From: Octopus vulgaris | Taxonomy: Eukaryota | DNA: 64,000 bases | Direction: 5' to 3' | Assembly: GCA_951406725.2 (NCBI GenBank) | Contig: OX597818.1 | Location: 62,001-126,000 of the forward strand | The notes under the pieces: model-generated | Database searches by the model: none | What the model was told of the DNA's origin: nothing | Seen by the model: the letters and a program-made list of their open reading frames with translations, nothing else | In this document: piece by piece, positions 1-13,611 of the stretch | How positions within the stretch are numbered: the stretch's first letter is position 1 | Layout of the letters: every line of letters begins with the position of its first letter | Program-made: the position numbers and the translations under genes

Positions 1-352
1 TCAGTTCTGGGTTCAGTCGCACTGTGAGACACCTTGGGCAAGTCTCTTCTACTGTAGCCTTGGGTTGACTAAAGTTATGTGAGTGGATTTGGTAGATGGA
101 AACTGAAAGAAGCTCACTGTGTGTGTGTGTGTGTGCCTTTGTGTCTGTGTTTGTCCTCTACTACCACTTGACAACTGGCGTTGGTGTGTTTACATCCCCA
201 TAATTTAGTGGTTTCTCAAAAGAAACTGATAGAAATAGTACCAGGCTTAACAAAAAAATAAGTACTGGGGTCGATGTATTTGACAAAAACGTTTTCAAAG
301 CAGTGCCTCAGCATGGCCAAAGTCTAATGACTGAAACAAGTTAAAAATAAAA
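1..352 (+). mobile_element. tRNA-derived SINE, family B (cut by window start)
   Basis: B-box-like GGTTCAGTC, body matching the copies at 7501 and 15571, internal (TG)n and shared 3' end (GACTGAAACAAGT..AAAAG). Confidence 0.85.
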
Positions 353-399
353 GAACTCTTTATTCTGTAATTCATTAAAGTGCAAGGATTGAGCAGTAA

Positions 400-1590
400 C
401 ATCATTTTCCAACATAGTCTTGCTTTCCAATGCAGTTCACAAGTTTGCTTATTCCGTTGGAGAAGATTGTCAGCTGGCTGTACAGACATTTATGCACCCC
501 TCCCTGCACTTCTTCATCTGTAGTAAATTGACGGTTTCATAAAGGATGCTTGGGCAATCCAAAGAGCTGATAGTTGGAAGAGACATGATCTGGACTGTAT
601 GCAGGGTGTCCCAGCAGCACGAAACCCAATTTTTCAATGGTTTCAACAGTGTGGGTGGCTGTATGTGGCTGCAGGCATAGTCATGCAACTTGCTTTGATA
701 ACAAACCTCAGTGTTTGGTGTGAATGGCTGGTTTCAGTTTGTTGACCAGCATCTCACTGTAGCCTTCACTGCTGACAGTAGACCCCCTTTGCAGGTAATG
801 TTCCTGTATAGGCCGCCCTTTTGTATCCCAGAAAACAGTCAACATCACTTTTTCAGCAGAAGTTTGAGTCTTAAATTACTTTATCGTTGGTAATTTCAGG
901 AGTTTTCACCCTATACTCTGCCTTTTGGATTCTGGCTCAAAGTGATACACCCAGGTCTCATTTCCTGTGACTATTCTCTCAAAAAAAAAAAATGTCTTCA
1001 TCGTTGAAGTGGTTGAGTAAGTGTTGACAGATCTCCACATGATTGTGTTTATGCATTTCAGTAAACTCTCTTGACACTCATCTCACACAAACTTTATGGA
1101 AGTGAAGTTTGTTGTGGATGATTTCATATGCAGAACCCTAACTAATTTACAGAGAACATGTCACCTCAACGATAGTAACTCATTAGTTCACCAGAACTGT
1201 CTTTTGAGTTTGTTGAATCTTCATGTCAGTGGTGTAAGTTGAGAGGAAAATCTGCTCCCTCTTCACGCTTCACATTTGTCTGGCCCTTTTAAAACTTCTT
1301 GATACACTCATACACACTTCTACTGAAAGCCTGCAATGAATTTCAGCCCCTGACATAACTTCAGATCAGAGAAATTGGATCACTGATCTCTTTTCTTCCT
1401 TGGGGAACAGTGCAGGTGAAGCAGTCACGTTTACTCTGTAACACAAAAAAGAAAACTGGAGTGATCAATGTCAAACCTCAGTTAGGCAACCACAAGAGTA
1501 CCACCTTTTAGCACGCAAGCACTGAAATCCATGTGGCCAACCTGAAGAAAGTTTTAGCAAAAGTTCAGGTAATTTTTGACTTCCCTATCT
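400..1590 (-). mobile_element. Degraded mariner (Tc1/mariner) transposon relic
   Basis: Minus strand gives LLGHPAYSPD-like motif (~585-620) and a mariner-like C-terminus near 410-465; 5' end AATTTTTGACTTCCC (~1571-1585) resembles the TIR of the MITE at 6341-6992; many stops and frameshifts. Confidence 0.7.
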
Positions 1591-2612
1591 ATGGACAACT
1601 CTTTCAAAATCTGCCACCAGGGCCATCAAGCAGCATTATATAGTACTGGATAAATCAATAGACTGGGCCCTATAGAATATATATTTTTAGACAGCAAACC
1701 ATGCAACAAACATAGATCAGAACTGGGTCCTGAGACCCATGAGGCTCTCATGCAACTGCCTACTATGTTCATGTTTTAAGACAGCAGTGCCTGTAGTTTC
1801 TCTATTCTGGTTACAAATTCACATTTGCACCAATAATCATTGGTACACTTGGTTATGTTAATAAATGCCGAAGTAACAATCTGGAAAAGTAAGGATTTTT
1901 AAATAAGGAAGGAGACCTGCTAACACAAAATTTATAGACATACATACAAACACATACACATACATACAAACATACATATACATAAAAACAAATACACATG
2001 CATACAAACACATACATATACATTTGTGATTAGTACTATATGCACTTTGTCATGCATTCACAACTGCATGCAGCCTGTTTTACACATGAAACCATCATGC
2101 AACCTCCCCACCTTATATATGCAACTTTCTTCCTCACACATCCTCCACCCATCCTCTCTCATTCATATACACTCTCACTTCTCTCTCTCCTTCCCTCCTT
2201 TTGCATAAAACACACTCTCCCCCACCCCCTCTAATATATTAAACCTCACAGACATTGCATGTACATGCATATCTCAACACACACATTAGCAACATGAACT
2301 CATGAAGTTACATACACATACACACACATGAATCTAGACACAGAAAAATACATGCACATGCATCAATAATATGCACCTTTTGTGCATACATATATGTATA
2401 TGCACACACAAATGTATACTCATACAAAATATGGCTACACATTAACAATATGTACTGTCCACACACACACACACACACACACAGAGTCATTCAAATGCAG
2501 ATACACATATTCCAGTACCCAGCATTATCACACACACATACATACATACATTCATTCAAACACAGATTCACGTATTCCAGTATCCAACATTACCACATAG
2601 ACATACACAGAA

Positions 2613-2649
<37 letters not shown>

Positions 2650-2797
2650 TATAGAATCACTAATGCATGCAGTCCAGCAACTTGCATTTTTAGCACATAT
2701 ACATGCATGCACATTCATTCACATGCATATGTACATATGCATATGCACATACATACATACATACATACATACATACATACATACATACATACATACA

Positions 2798-2849
<52 letters not shown>

Positions 2850-3764
2850 CATATATATACAAGTATATATCACCATCATCACCCTTTAGCATTCGTTTTC
2901 CATGCTGACATGAGTTGGACATACATATATGTGTGTGTGTGTATACACACACACATATGTACTCTAACACCCAACATTACCATACAAACCATACACTTAC
3001 ACAGCAACATGCAAAGATGCACACATTAGAAAATCTATGCAAACTAATGCATGAGTGCCAGCATTGTGCACTCCCACATACACATAAACACAACACACAC
3101 TAATACACACTAAATACATACATACATGCACATATTTACAATACAAGTAAGATATTTTGTAGGTGAAAACACATCACTCAATTCTGAATTCCTTATCCCC
3201 TTGCCCCCCCACCACCACCACCATCACCCACACACTACTTTATTGCAAACCTTTTATTAAACAGTGGTTGTTGTTGTTGTTGCTGTAGAGTTCAGCAAAA
3301 TTAGTTTTAAAGTAGGATAACAGTAGGGGGTGGTGCATCAGTAACAACAGCAACAGTAGCAGCAGCAGAAGAGGAAGAGAAAAATGCTGCAGCAGCAGCA
3401 GCATCAACATCAGCAACCACAATGGAGATGATGGGAGGGGAAGTCACTTAACTATGCGTCACTCATCATCTGTTACACATCTGAGAAACATCTCTGAAGG
3501 TTTTTTTTTGGTGTTGGAAAAGCAGGAATGTGGCAGAATAATTCAGTGCATAAGGTTGGCGGCAGAATGAAATGGAAGGGGAAGTGGGGTATCAGGACAG
3601 ACACTTAAAAGAAAAAAGAAGGAGGAAAGAGAAGGTAGGGGCAGTAAAGGGGTTGATTGTTGTATTGTATAGGATCTCTGGATTTGTTAATATTAACTAC
3701 TCTGAGATTTCCCTGAGTAAAGATAGAATAGAAACAGGTGTACCTATTGGAGGTTGTGATGCAT

Positions 3765-3847
<83 letters not shown>

Positions 3848-4076
3848 AAGTTAATCCAAACAAGAAAGCACAAAAATATATATATAGATAGATAGATAGA
3901 TAGATAGATACATACATACATACATACATACTGTACATATGTGTGTGTATGTGTGTGTGTGTGTGTGTGTTTAGTATTGACTGCTGGAAGAAATACTATA
4001 GTAGAGTCATAATTTGCCTGATGACTGCATGAACATACAGGTAAAACTCTGCAGTAACAAGACACTGATTCGAAAT

Positions 4077-4256
<180 letters not shown>

Positions 4257-5439
4257 ATATATGTGTCTGTAACAATAAATATTTCAAAGATGGAGATTTT
4301 TACATTTTTATTAATGCATTGCAACATATATTTGTCCTACACCACACAGAGTACCTCATACATAACAATCCCATACAGTTAACGCAGGAAGTTGAAAATA
4401 ATATATGGTTGTCAGGAACGAGTACCATAGGAGTTTTTATGAGCACACTCGTAAGCATTTGCCGTATGCAAAACACAAGGATATGCACTAATCCCCTCTG
4501 TCTATTTTAGCATGGTTTCTATAACTGATATCCTTCTGATATTTAGCTGATATCCTTCTGAATGCCAACAATTTTACAAAGTGTATTAGATACTTTTTAA
4601 GTGATACTGGCACCAGTAAGGTCATGTATTAACTCACAAGACAAGACCACTCCTCAACTGAGATGGGAACAATATTGAGGAAGAAAGTTTGGTGCCAGGT
4701 GATGAGAAGTAAAAGCATGACGGAAGGACAAGAACAGGTGTCGTGCTGTAAGGAGATATGAGGTTACCCTAGTTGGAAGCACAAAGAAATTGTATTGAAG
4801 ATGTACCAGAACATACCCTCAAGGTACAGGAAGGTGAATATAAGGAAAGTTGTTTGAAAGATTGGATAGCATTCATAGTGTGTAAAAAGAGAATGGCAGA
4901 TGGATAGAGATGGGGGTAGAGGTGAATATAGTAAGTAGTAAATACAGGTCTGTGTGTAATCAATTTTGAATATCAGCTGGGGAGAAGGGAGTGGTAGGAA
5001 TGGATCAGGGAGGTAATAGATGGCTGCACCTCAAAGAGGTTAGAGCACTGATGCCTAAATTTTTTGAGGCTGTTGCTCTCTTGGCACCCAGGCCACGTTC
5101 CTAGCACCCTCTCCCACACACCACCACAAATGTAAATCACTTTCTGAAGCAAATTCAAAGCAACTGTATTTCATAAATAAAACTTAAACGAATTAACCCA
5201 TTATTTTGTTGTTTTTATATTCATCACCCCACTTTTGGCCTCCCCATTATTGCCCCACTTTTCTTCAACGAACCCCTGAATCTTTCCACCAAACCTAGTG
5301 GGTTAGTACCACCCATTTTGGGAACCAATGGGTTAGAGTCTTGTCTGTTTCTTGCTTACTAGAACTCTGGCCTTTTCTATGTTAACTCTAAGGTATTTTA
5401 ACTCCAGCTTTTGTTTCCACACCTGGAATTTCTTTTCTA

Positions 5440-5687
5440 ATTCTGCTACACATTCCGCTATGAAAGAGAGATCATCATATTGTAGTACCGAGGGGCAATT
5501 AGTCTTAATGATGAATAGGAGATGACTGAGCCCTGGTAAACTCCTACCTATACACTAAATTCAATGCTGAATTCATGGCTAACTCTCACTTTCCTGGCAA
5601 TTCCTCCATACATGGATTGTACAGCTTTCACAAGCCATTCATCTGCCCCGCGCTTCCTCAGTGACCACCAGATCACTGAGCAAAGGA
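5440..5687 (-). mobile_element. RTE-clade LINE reverse transcriptase fragment
   Basis: Minus translation VIWWSLRKRGADEWLVKAVQSMY...GVYQGSV, homologous to the RT at 19472-19744. Confidence 0.8.
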
Positions 5688-5880
5688 CTATCTGAATATG
5701 TCTGTAATAGTGTGTGCACATCTAAGTGTGTGTGTGTATGTAAGTGGAAATAAATGTGCTCGGTCTAATGCTCTTTGTAAATTGAATTTATAATTTGCTA
5801 TCATCAATTGTCAATAACAGAAATGCGCATAACATATGAAATAAAAGAAATACCAAGTTCATGCTTCATGTTCTTCTTTC

Positions 5881-5952
<72 letters not shown>

Positions 5953-5990
5953 TGACAAAAAGATAAGAATAAAAGAATATATATATATAT

Positions 5991-6337
5991 AGGTGTGGCT
6001 GTGCTATTAAGAAGATAGCTTTCTAGTTAAGTGATCTTGGGTTCAATCTCACAGTGTAGCACCTTAGAAAAGTCTCTTCTACTGTGACACCAAGGTGAAC
6101 AAAACCTTGAGAGTGAATTAGTAGACCCCTCTGGCACCTGTGCAGGTGGCACGTAAAAAACACCCACTACACTCGCGGAGTGGTTGGCGTTAGGAAGGGC
6201 ATCCAGCTGTAGAAACACTGCCAGACTAGACTGGAGCCTGGGGCAGTCCCGAGCTCTCCAGACCCCGGTCGAAACCGTCCAACCCGTGCTAGCGCGGAAA
6301 ACGGACGTTAAACGATGATGATGATGATGATGATGAT
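5991..6337 (+). mobile_element. SINE family B head joined to an RTE-type 3' tail ending in (GAT)n
   Basis: 5991-6126 matches the SINE B head; 6127-6337 matches the 3' tail of the RTE at 20820-21040. Confidence 0.75.
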
Positions 6338-6340
6338 ATA

Positions 6341-6988
6341 TACAAGGGTAAGTCAAAAATTATCTGCCCTTTTGCTGTAACATATCTTTATTATTGTCGC
6401 ACTGCCTTCTGTGCATGCATGCTTATAGTTGGTACTATTATGATCATGTGATTGAAGTTTGAGCCTGATATGCCATTTTTCTTTCTGGCTTTCCAGTGTA
6501 AGCATGGCCGCTCCACTAACAATGTGCACCAAAGAAGAACAAAGAGCAGTGATCCAAGAGATGGTAATGGTGAACCAGTTCACCTTTACCATCTCTCGAG
6601 CTTGCTGAATCATCTCATCAGTGGTGGAGGTTGATTTGTGTCTTGCTCCCTCTTTGTGCATAGTATTTGTCCGGCCACTTTTAAAAATCTTGATCTACTT
6701 ATACACATTTCTACATGGTAGTTCACTGTCCCCATATAAACTTCAGCATATAACACACCTTCTGACCAGAGAAATCAGATCACTGCTCTTTGTTCTTCTT
6801 TGGTGCACATTGTTAGTGGAGTGGCAATGCTTACACAGTAAAGCCAGAAAGAAAAATGGTGTGATCAAGCTCAAACTTCACTCTTGTGACCACAATAGTA
6901 GCAACTATAAGCATGCATGCACAGAAGGCAGTGTGACAATAATAATAATGATATTTTATAGTGAAAATGCAGATAATTTTTGACTTCT

Positions 6989-6992
<4 letters not shown>
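6341..6992. mobile_element. Mariner-derived palindromic MITE (two inverted 5' ends)
   Basis: About 220 bp imperfect inverted arms, TA at both ends; left arm carries a transposase start MAAPLTMCTKEEQRAVI that is mirrored in the right arm. Confidence 0.8.
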
Positions 6993-7036
<44 letters not shown>

Positions 7037-7037
<1 letters not shown>

Positions 7038-7407
7038 TAGCAGTATCGCTGCTCGGGTTTGTAAGGGAAATAACTATATAAGCATTTTTAGAGAGTTATA
7101 GCCAAAAAATAGCACAAAAATGCATTAAAAATGGAAAACAAATGAGGGTAAATTTTTTTTAAATCGTTGACTCATCGTAGACATTTTTAGAGAGTTACTT
7201 CCCTTATATAATAGCGAAAAAAATGATGGTAAATTTTTTTTTAAATCGTAGACTCATCGTAGATGCGCGCTAATACCCAGACGGGCTCGATATGAATCAT
7301 GACTATAAGATACCCGGTTTTAGTTAAACTGCACCGCAAAATGTGGGAGTAGTTAGGAATCTAAATCGTAGGAGACAGACACACAACTTCACTTTTATAT
7401 ATAAAGA
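7037..7407 (-). mobile_element. Non-autonomous Helitron (371 bp)
   Basis: Minus strand starts TC(TTTATATATAAAAG), ends ...CCCGAGCAGCGATACTG-CTAG, lies between host A and T with no TSD. Confidence 0.8.
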
Positions 7408-7500
7408 TATATGATGGCTGCCCCCTTGTTATCGAGTATGGCCATTGCACGAAGCTTAACTGTTATTGGTGCTGTGATTGAATGTGCTATTTATATATAT

Positions 7501-7667
7501 AGGTGCAGGAGTGATTGTGTGGTAAGTAGCTTGCTTACCAATCACATGGTTCCAGGTTCAGTCCTACTGTGTGGTACCTTGGGCAAGTGTCTTCTACTAT
7601 AGACTCAGGCCAATCAAGCCTTGTAAGTGGATTTGGTAGACGGAGACTGAAAGTAGCCTGTTGTATA

Positions 7668-7705
<38 letters not shown>

Positions 7706-7923
7706 ATGTATATATGTATGTGTGTGTATATGTTGGTGTGTCTGTGTTTGTTCTTTCAATATCGCTTGACAACTGATGCTAGTGTGTTTACGTCCCTGTA
7801 ATTTACTGGTTCTGCAAAAGAGATTGATAGAATAAGTACTAGCCTTATAAAGAATAAATCCTGGGGTTGATTTGCTTAATTAAAGGTTGACCACAGCCAA
7901 ATGACTGAAACAAGTAAAAGAGT
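7501..7923 (+). mobile_element. tRNA-derived SINE, family B, full length
   Basis: A/B-box-like head, internal (TA)n/(TG)n, conserved 3' part shared with other copies. Confidence 0.85.
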
Positions 7924-7927
7924 ATAA

Positions 7928-7985
<58 letters not shown>

Positions 7986-8399
7986 ACATTCTTATGTATA
8001 AGTATGAATGTGTACCCCTGTTTTGACATCATGTGATGGTTGTAAACAAGCACCACCATCATACAAAGGAAGTTTCTCATTTTCATTCTTCTGTGAAGAA
8101 CATGTCTGGCTATAGGTAATTATTACCTTTGTTAGAAATAGGTGAAATTTGGTAACAGGAAGGGAATCTGGACATAGAAAATCTGACTCAATAAATTCCA
8201 TCCGACTCATATGAGCTCAGAAAAGTGTGCATTAAATGATGATAATAATGATGCTGATGATGATATACATATACATACACGCACACATTTATACATGCTT
8301 ACGTACTCGTACACATAACATGCACATAAACATGCGCACTAACAAATTTGCATATATATATTCTTCTGTGTGCATTTGCATTTTTCGTAGGTGTATGTA

Positions 8400-9690
8400 C
8401 GAGGGACGTTCAATAAGTAATGCTTCTGACCCACTTCCAGGTGTTTGATCTAGTTGAAATTTTGCATGTGCAATTACTTATATCTCTATATATTAGGTGG
8501 CAAATTACAGCTCTGAACTAATTATGGTTTCTGATTTACAGGTGTTTGAACCGAGTCAAGTGTGAAATGGAGCCTGTTGAGTGTCGAGCAGTGATCCGGT
8601 TTTTGTATTTGAAAGGACGCACACCACGGGAGACTTTTGCTGAAATGAAAGTAACTTATGGTGATGATGCCCCATCATATAACCTTGTAAAACGCTGGCA
8701 TCGTGAATTCAAACATGGTCGGAACTCTGTGGAAACAGCTCCCAGATCTGGTCGCCCCCTTCTGCCGTTGATGAGGCATCTGTCTGTCAAGTTGAGGCTG
8801 CCATTTTGGAAGATCGACGCATAACTATTCGCCAAATAGCCCATGAGGTCAAGATTAGTACCGGGTCTGTGGAAACTATCATTCATGACCATTTGCATAT
8901 GCAAAAGGTGTCTGCCAGATGGATTCCCAGGTTGCTCACACCTTTCCAGAAGCAAGAACGCGTTGAGTGCTCGAGGATGAATTTGGAGATGTACCAAGAA
9001 GATGAGTCAAAGTTTTTCAAAAGACTGATTACACAGGATGAAACATGGGTCCATCACTATGATCCAGAGACCAAAGCCCAGTCAATGCAGTGGAAGCACC
9101 GTGACTCACCTCCTCCAAAGAAGGCAAGGGTGCAGCCCTCTGCTGGCAAGGTCATGCTCACAGTCTTCTGGGACCAGGACGGAGTAGTGATGACAGATTT
9201 CCTGGCAAAGGGTACCACAATTACAGGAGCCTATTATGCTTCACTTTTGAGGAAATTGAGAGAAGCTATCAAAATCAAGAGGCAGGGCAAGATCAGCGAA
9301 GGCATCCTCCTCCTGCAGGACAACGCTCCGGTCCACAACTCGCGTGTCGCCAGATCAGAAGCACAGGCGTGTGGCTATGAACTCCTCCCCCACCCCCCTA
9401 CTCTCCTGACATTGCACCCTCTGATTGTCACCTCTTCCCAGCCATGAAGTTATTTTTGAAAGGAAAGCATTTCCCAGATGATGCAGCCTTGATTTCTAAA
9501 GTCACGTCGTGGATGGAGGACCAAGCTGGGGTCTTCTACAAAAACGGTCTCCAGAGCTGCATCAAACGATGGGAGAAATGCGTAACTCTGGGTGGTTCCT
9601 ATGTAGAAAAAGACTAATAACTGTGCCAAGTTCCGTTGCTCTACTGGTATGGGAAGTGGGTCAGGGGCATTACTTATTGAACGCCCCTCG
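8400..9690 (+). mobile_element. Full-length mariner DNA transposon (1291 bp)
   Basis: 39-bp TIRs CGAGGG(A/G)CGTTCAATAAGTAATGC..CTGACCCACTTCC with 3 mismatches; TA target duplication at 8398-8399 and 9691-9692. Confidence 0.95.
8567..9617 (+). pseudogene. Mariner DD34D transposase with two frameshifts
   Basis: HTH N-terminus with GRP, WIPRLL, catalytic DETW, QDNA and YSPDIAPSD motifs, end GSYVEKD*; frameshifts near 8760 and 9398. Confidence 0.93.
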
Positions 9691-10353
9691 TATATATTTG
9701 TGTGAATATGTGTATACGTGTATGCAGGTGTATGTTTATGCATACATATTTATTTATTGGTATGTGCATGTGTATGTATAAATGTATATATATCTGTGTA
9801 TATATTTACTTATGTGAGTGTATTAACACGTGTGTGTCAGACTTTGCACAGTGGTCTGTACCTTACTTTACGTAAGAATATATGCACATATTTATCTTTG
9901 TGATGTACATAAATTTATGCATATATACACGTGTGTACCTGCATATATGGGTTCCTATACATATATATGTATGTATTCAGCCATACGAGTACATATGCGT
10001 GTGTATCTAGTTGTGTATATATACCCATATACTTGGATGTGTGTGTGTGTGGACGTGTATGTATATGTGCGTACATATAGGTGTATGTATATTTGCATCT
10101 AAGCACGAACACAAAAAAATTTTTTACCTGAGTCTTATCTTCCTTTCAACTTCTATATCCTTTTCTTTCTCTTTACAGTTATAACAGTGAAGGCTCATTA
10201 CATCAATTTCTCTGAACTAGAATGTATAATTTTCACGTTCATATTTGAATTTTTTTGCATTTCAATTTTTCTGTTTTTTACTCATTCTCAAAGTTGATGG
10301 ATGGACATATAGCGGTACGTGAAACCGAATCAGCAAATTTCCAGTAAGACTTT

Positions 10354-10414
10354 TTTTATTGAGGTACCCGAAGAGACTCAGAATGGGTCGAAACATGTGT
10401 TGTACCCAATAAAA
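10354..10414 (+). ncRNA. Type I hammerhead ribozyme-like motif (core variant), probably from a Penelope-like repeat
   Basis: Stem I TTTTATTG(A)GGTAC/GTACCCAATAAAA, core CCGAAGA (consensus CTGANGA), stem II GACTC/GGGTC, GAAA, very short stem III. Confidence 0.6.
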
Positions 10415-10449
10415 TATTTTACTCACTCCATCTATATTATTAATACTTA

Positions 10450-10680
10450 TTTCTTTACTACCCACAAGGGGTTAAACACAGAGAGGACAGACAAGGACAG
10501 ACAAATGGATTAAGTCGATTACATCGACCCCAGTGCATAACAGGTACTTAATTTATCGACCCTGAAAGGATGAAAGACAAAGTCGACTTCGGCGGAATTT
10601 GAACTCAGAACGTAATGGCAGACGAAATACGGCTACGCATTTCGCCCGGTGTGCTAACGTTTCTGCCAGCTCGCCGCCTT
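10450..10680 (-). mobile_element. tRNA-derived SINE, family A
   Basis: Minus strand AAGGCGGCGAGCTGGCAGAA...GAGTTCAAATTCC (A/B boxes) then the conserved GTCGATAAATTAAGTACC body. Confidence 0.88.
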
Positions 10681-10682
10681 GT

Positions 10683-10860
10683 TGATGAATAGGAGACGGC
10701 TGAGCCCTGGTAAACTCCTACCTATACACTAAATTCAATGCTGAATGCATGGCTAACTCTCACTTTCCTGGCAATACCTTCATACATGGATTGTACAGCT
10801 TTCACAAGCCATTCATCTGCCCCGCGCTTCCTCAGTGACCACCAGATCACTGAGCAAAGG
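10683..10860 (-). mobile_element. Second copy of the RTE RT fragment at 5509-5687
   Basis: Near-identical to 5509-5687 with the same right breakpoint. Confidence 0.8.
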
Positions 10861-11047
10861 ACTATCTGAATATGTCTGTAATAGTATGTGCACAGTGGTT
10901 TATGGAATATTATTAATACTGTTACCCCAACCACCACTACAAAGTTCCTGCAATAAATATGCAGATAACAGCAGGTAATCAAAACTGTGTCATTGCTTTA
11001 CTCATCATTTGTTTATACATTTCGTATAATTCCTCCATTATATATAT

Positions 11048-11331
11048 TTCTTTACTACCCACAAGGGGCTAAACACAGACGGGACAAATAAGGACAGACA
11101 AACGGATTAAGTCGATTACATCGACCCCAGGGAACTGGTACTTAATTTATCGACCCCGAAAGGATGAAAGGCAAAGTCGACCTCACATATATATATATAT
11201 CAGAAACGTTAGCATGCCGGGCGAAATGCTTAGCGGTATTTTGTCTGCCGCTACGTTCTGAGTTCAAATTCCGCCGAGATCGACTTTGCCTTTCATCCTT
11301 TCGGGGTCGATAAATTAAGTACCAGTTCACT

Positions 11332-11408
<77 letters not shown>

Positions 11409-11765
11409 CGAGAGAGAGAGTTAGAGAAACAGGTAAATAGATAGAAAGATATATATATATATAAATATATTGAGAGAGAGATTTAGTACAACAAAGAGGA
11501 TAAACAGAACTCAGTACATGAGTATATATATTTTTTAATTGGTAAAAAGGCAGCAAGCTTGCACAATCATTAACACACCAGGCAAAATGCTGAGAAGTAT
11601 CTTGCCCAGCTTTACGTTCTGAGTTCAATTTCTGCTGAGATTGACTTTACCTTTCATCCTTTCTGGGTCAATAAAATAAGTACCAGTTGAACTCTGCGGT
11701 AGATGTAATTGACTTGCCTCCTCCTCCAAATTTGCTGGCCTTGTGCCAAAATTTGAAACAAATAT
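11048..11765. mobile_element. Three SINE family A copies (11048-11185 minus, 11200-11332 plus, 11548-11765 plus)
   Basis: Direct match to the family A body seen at 10450-10680. Confidence 0.85.
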
Positions 11766-12131
11766 TTTTAATTGGTAAAAGTTACAAAAGAGATTCAAAG
11801 ATTGAGAAGTGTTATGAACTAAACTCTCAGCTCTTGAGTCACTATCCTTATTTCTGACAATTATAAAAAATAACAATAATAACTATTACTATTTCCTTTA
11901 TTATTTTTTCACATACAGACATTATTAGATTGCTAGCAATTAACTTTCTCTCTTCCTCTCTCACTCTCTCTCTCACTCTCTCATTTTCTCTGTCTCTCCC
12001 ATTCTCTCTCATTTACTGTTGCTCCATGTCTTTCTCTTTTTTATGCTTTCTATTACTTTCTTCACTGCTTCCAATTTTTGAAACTTTAATTCTTTTCTTC
12101 TCTTTTTACTTTATTTTTCCTTTTTACCTCC

Positions 12132-12755
<624 letters not shown>

Positions 12756-13062
12756 TTAATTCTTCAATATGTTTAGAATGATCACCATGAATTGAGAATG
12801 TTCTGGAATGTTCCAGGTGTTGACAAACAGCATTCAGGATGCAACTACCATCTCCCAATACCACCATCGCCATCAACCTCCCACCACCATCGTCACCATC
12901 AACCTCCCACCCTGTCACTACCACTATCAGCATCCCACCACCACCACCCAACACCACAATCTTCAACTTCATCTTCTCCCCACCTTCTTCCCATTATTCT
13001 TCAATGATTCATCAGATTTAGTTTACCAGTTTCTTCTAGGTTCTGGTCTGGTCTTCCAATAA

Positions 13063-13132
<70 letters not shown>

Positions 13133-13378
13133 GCGTGTGTGTGCGCGTGTGCATGTACTTATGTGTTTGTGAGCATGAATAGATGTGTGTGTGCATAAAT
13201 ATATGCGTGAGAGAGCAGGGTGCTTGTGTGAAATAAAAAATAATTTTGTGTTTGCCCCTTGCAGCCAGACATACATACATGCATACATTCATACATTCAT
13301 ACATACATACATACATACATACATACATACATACATACATACATACATTCATGCACGCTTACCTACATGCAAGCATAA

Positions 13379-13443
<65 letters not shown>

Positions 13444-13611
13444 CGTATATTTCAATACGGAGCAAATAATTCACTAGAAAATAATTTGCGAAGATGTCAT
13501 TGATTCTACTATAATCTGGTGTAACAATTTAAAAATGATAACAACAGAATCAATAATATAGGCAATAGCTGGCCTAAAACAACATTAAATAGCTGATGGA
13601 TTAAAATTAAC

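Noticed and set aside
3300-3540. CAG/CAA-rich stretch resembling a poly-Ala/Ser/Gln exon
   Set aside because: Frames are short and closed by stops, with no convincing splice pair or recognisable domain.
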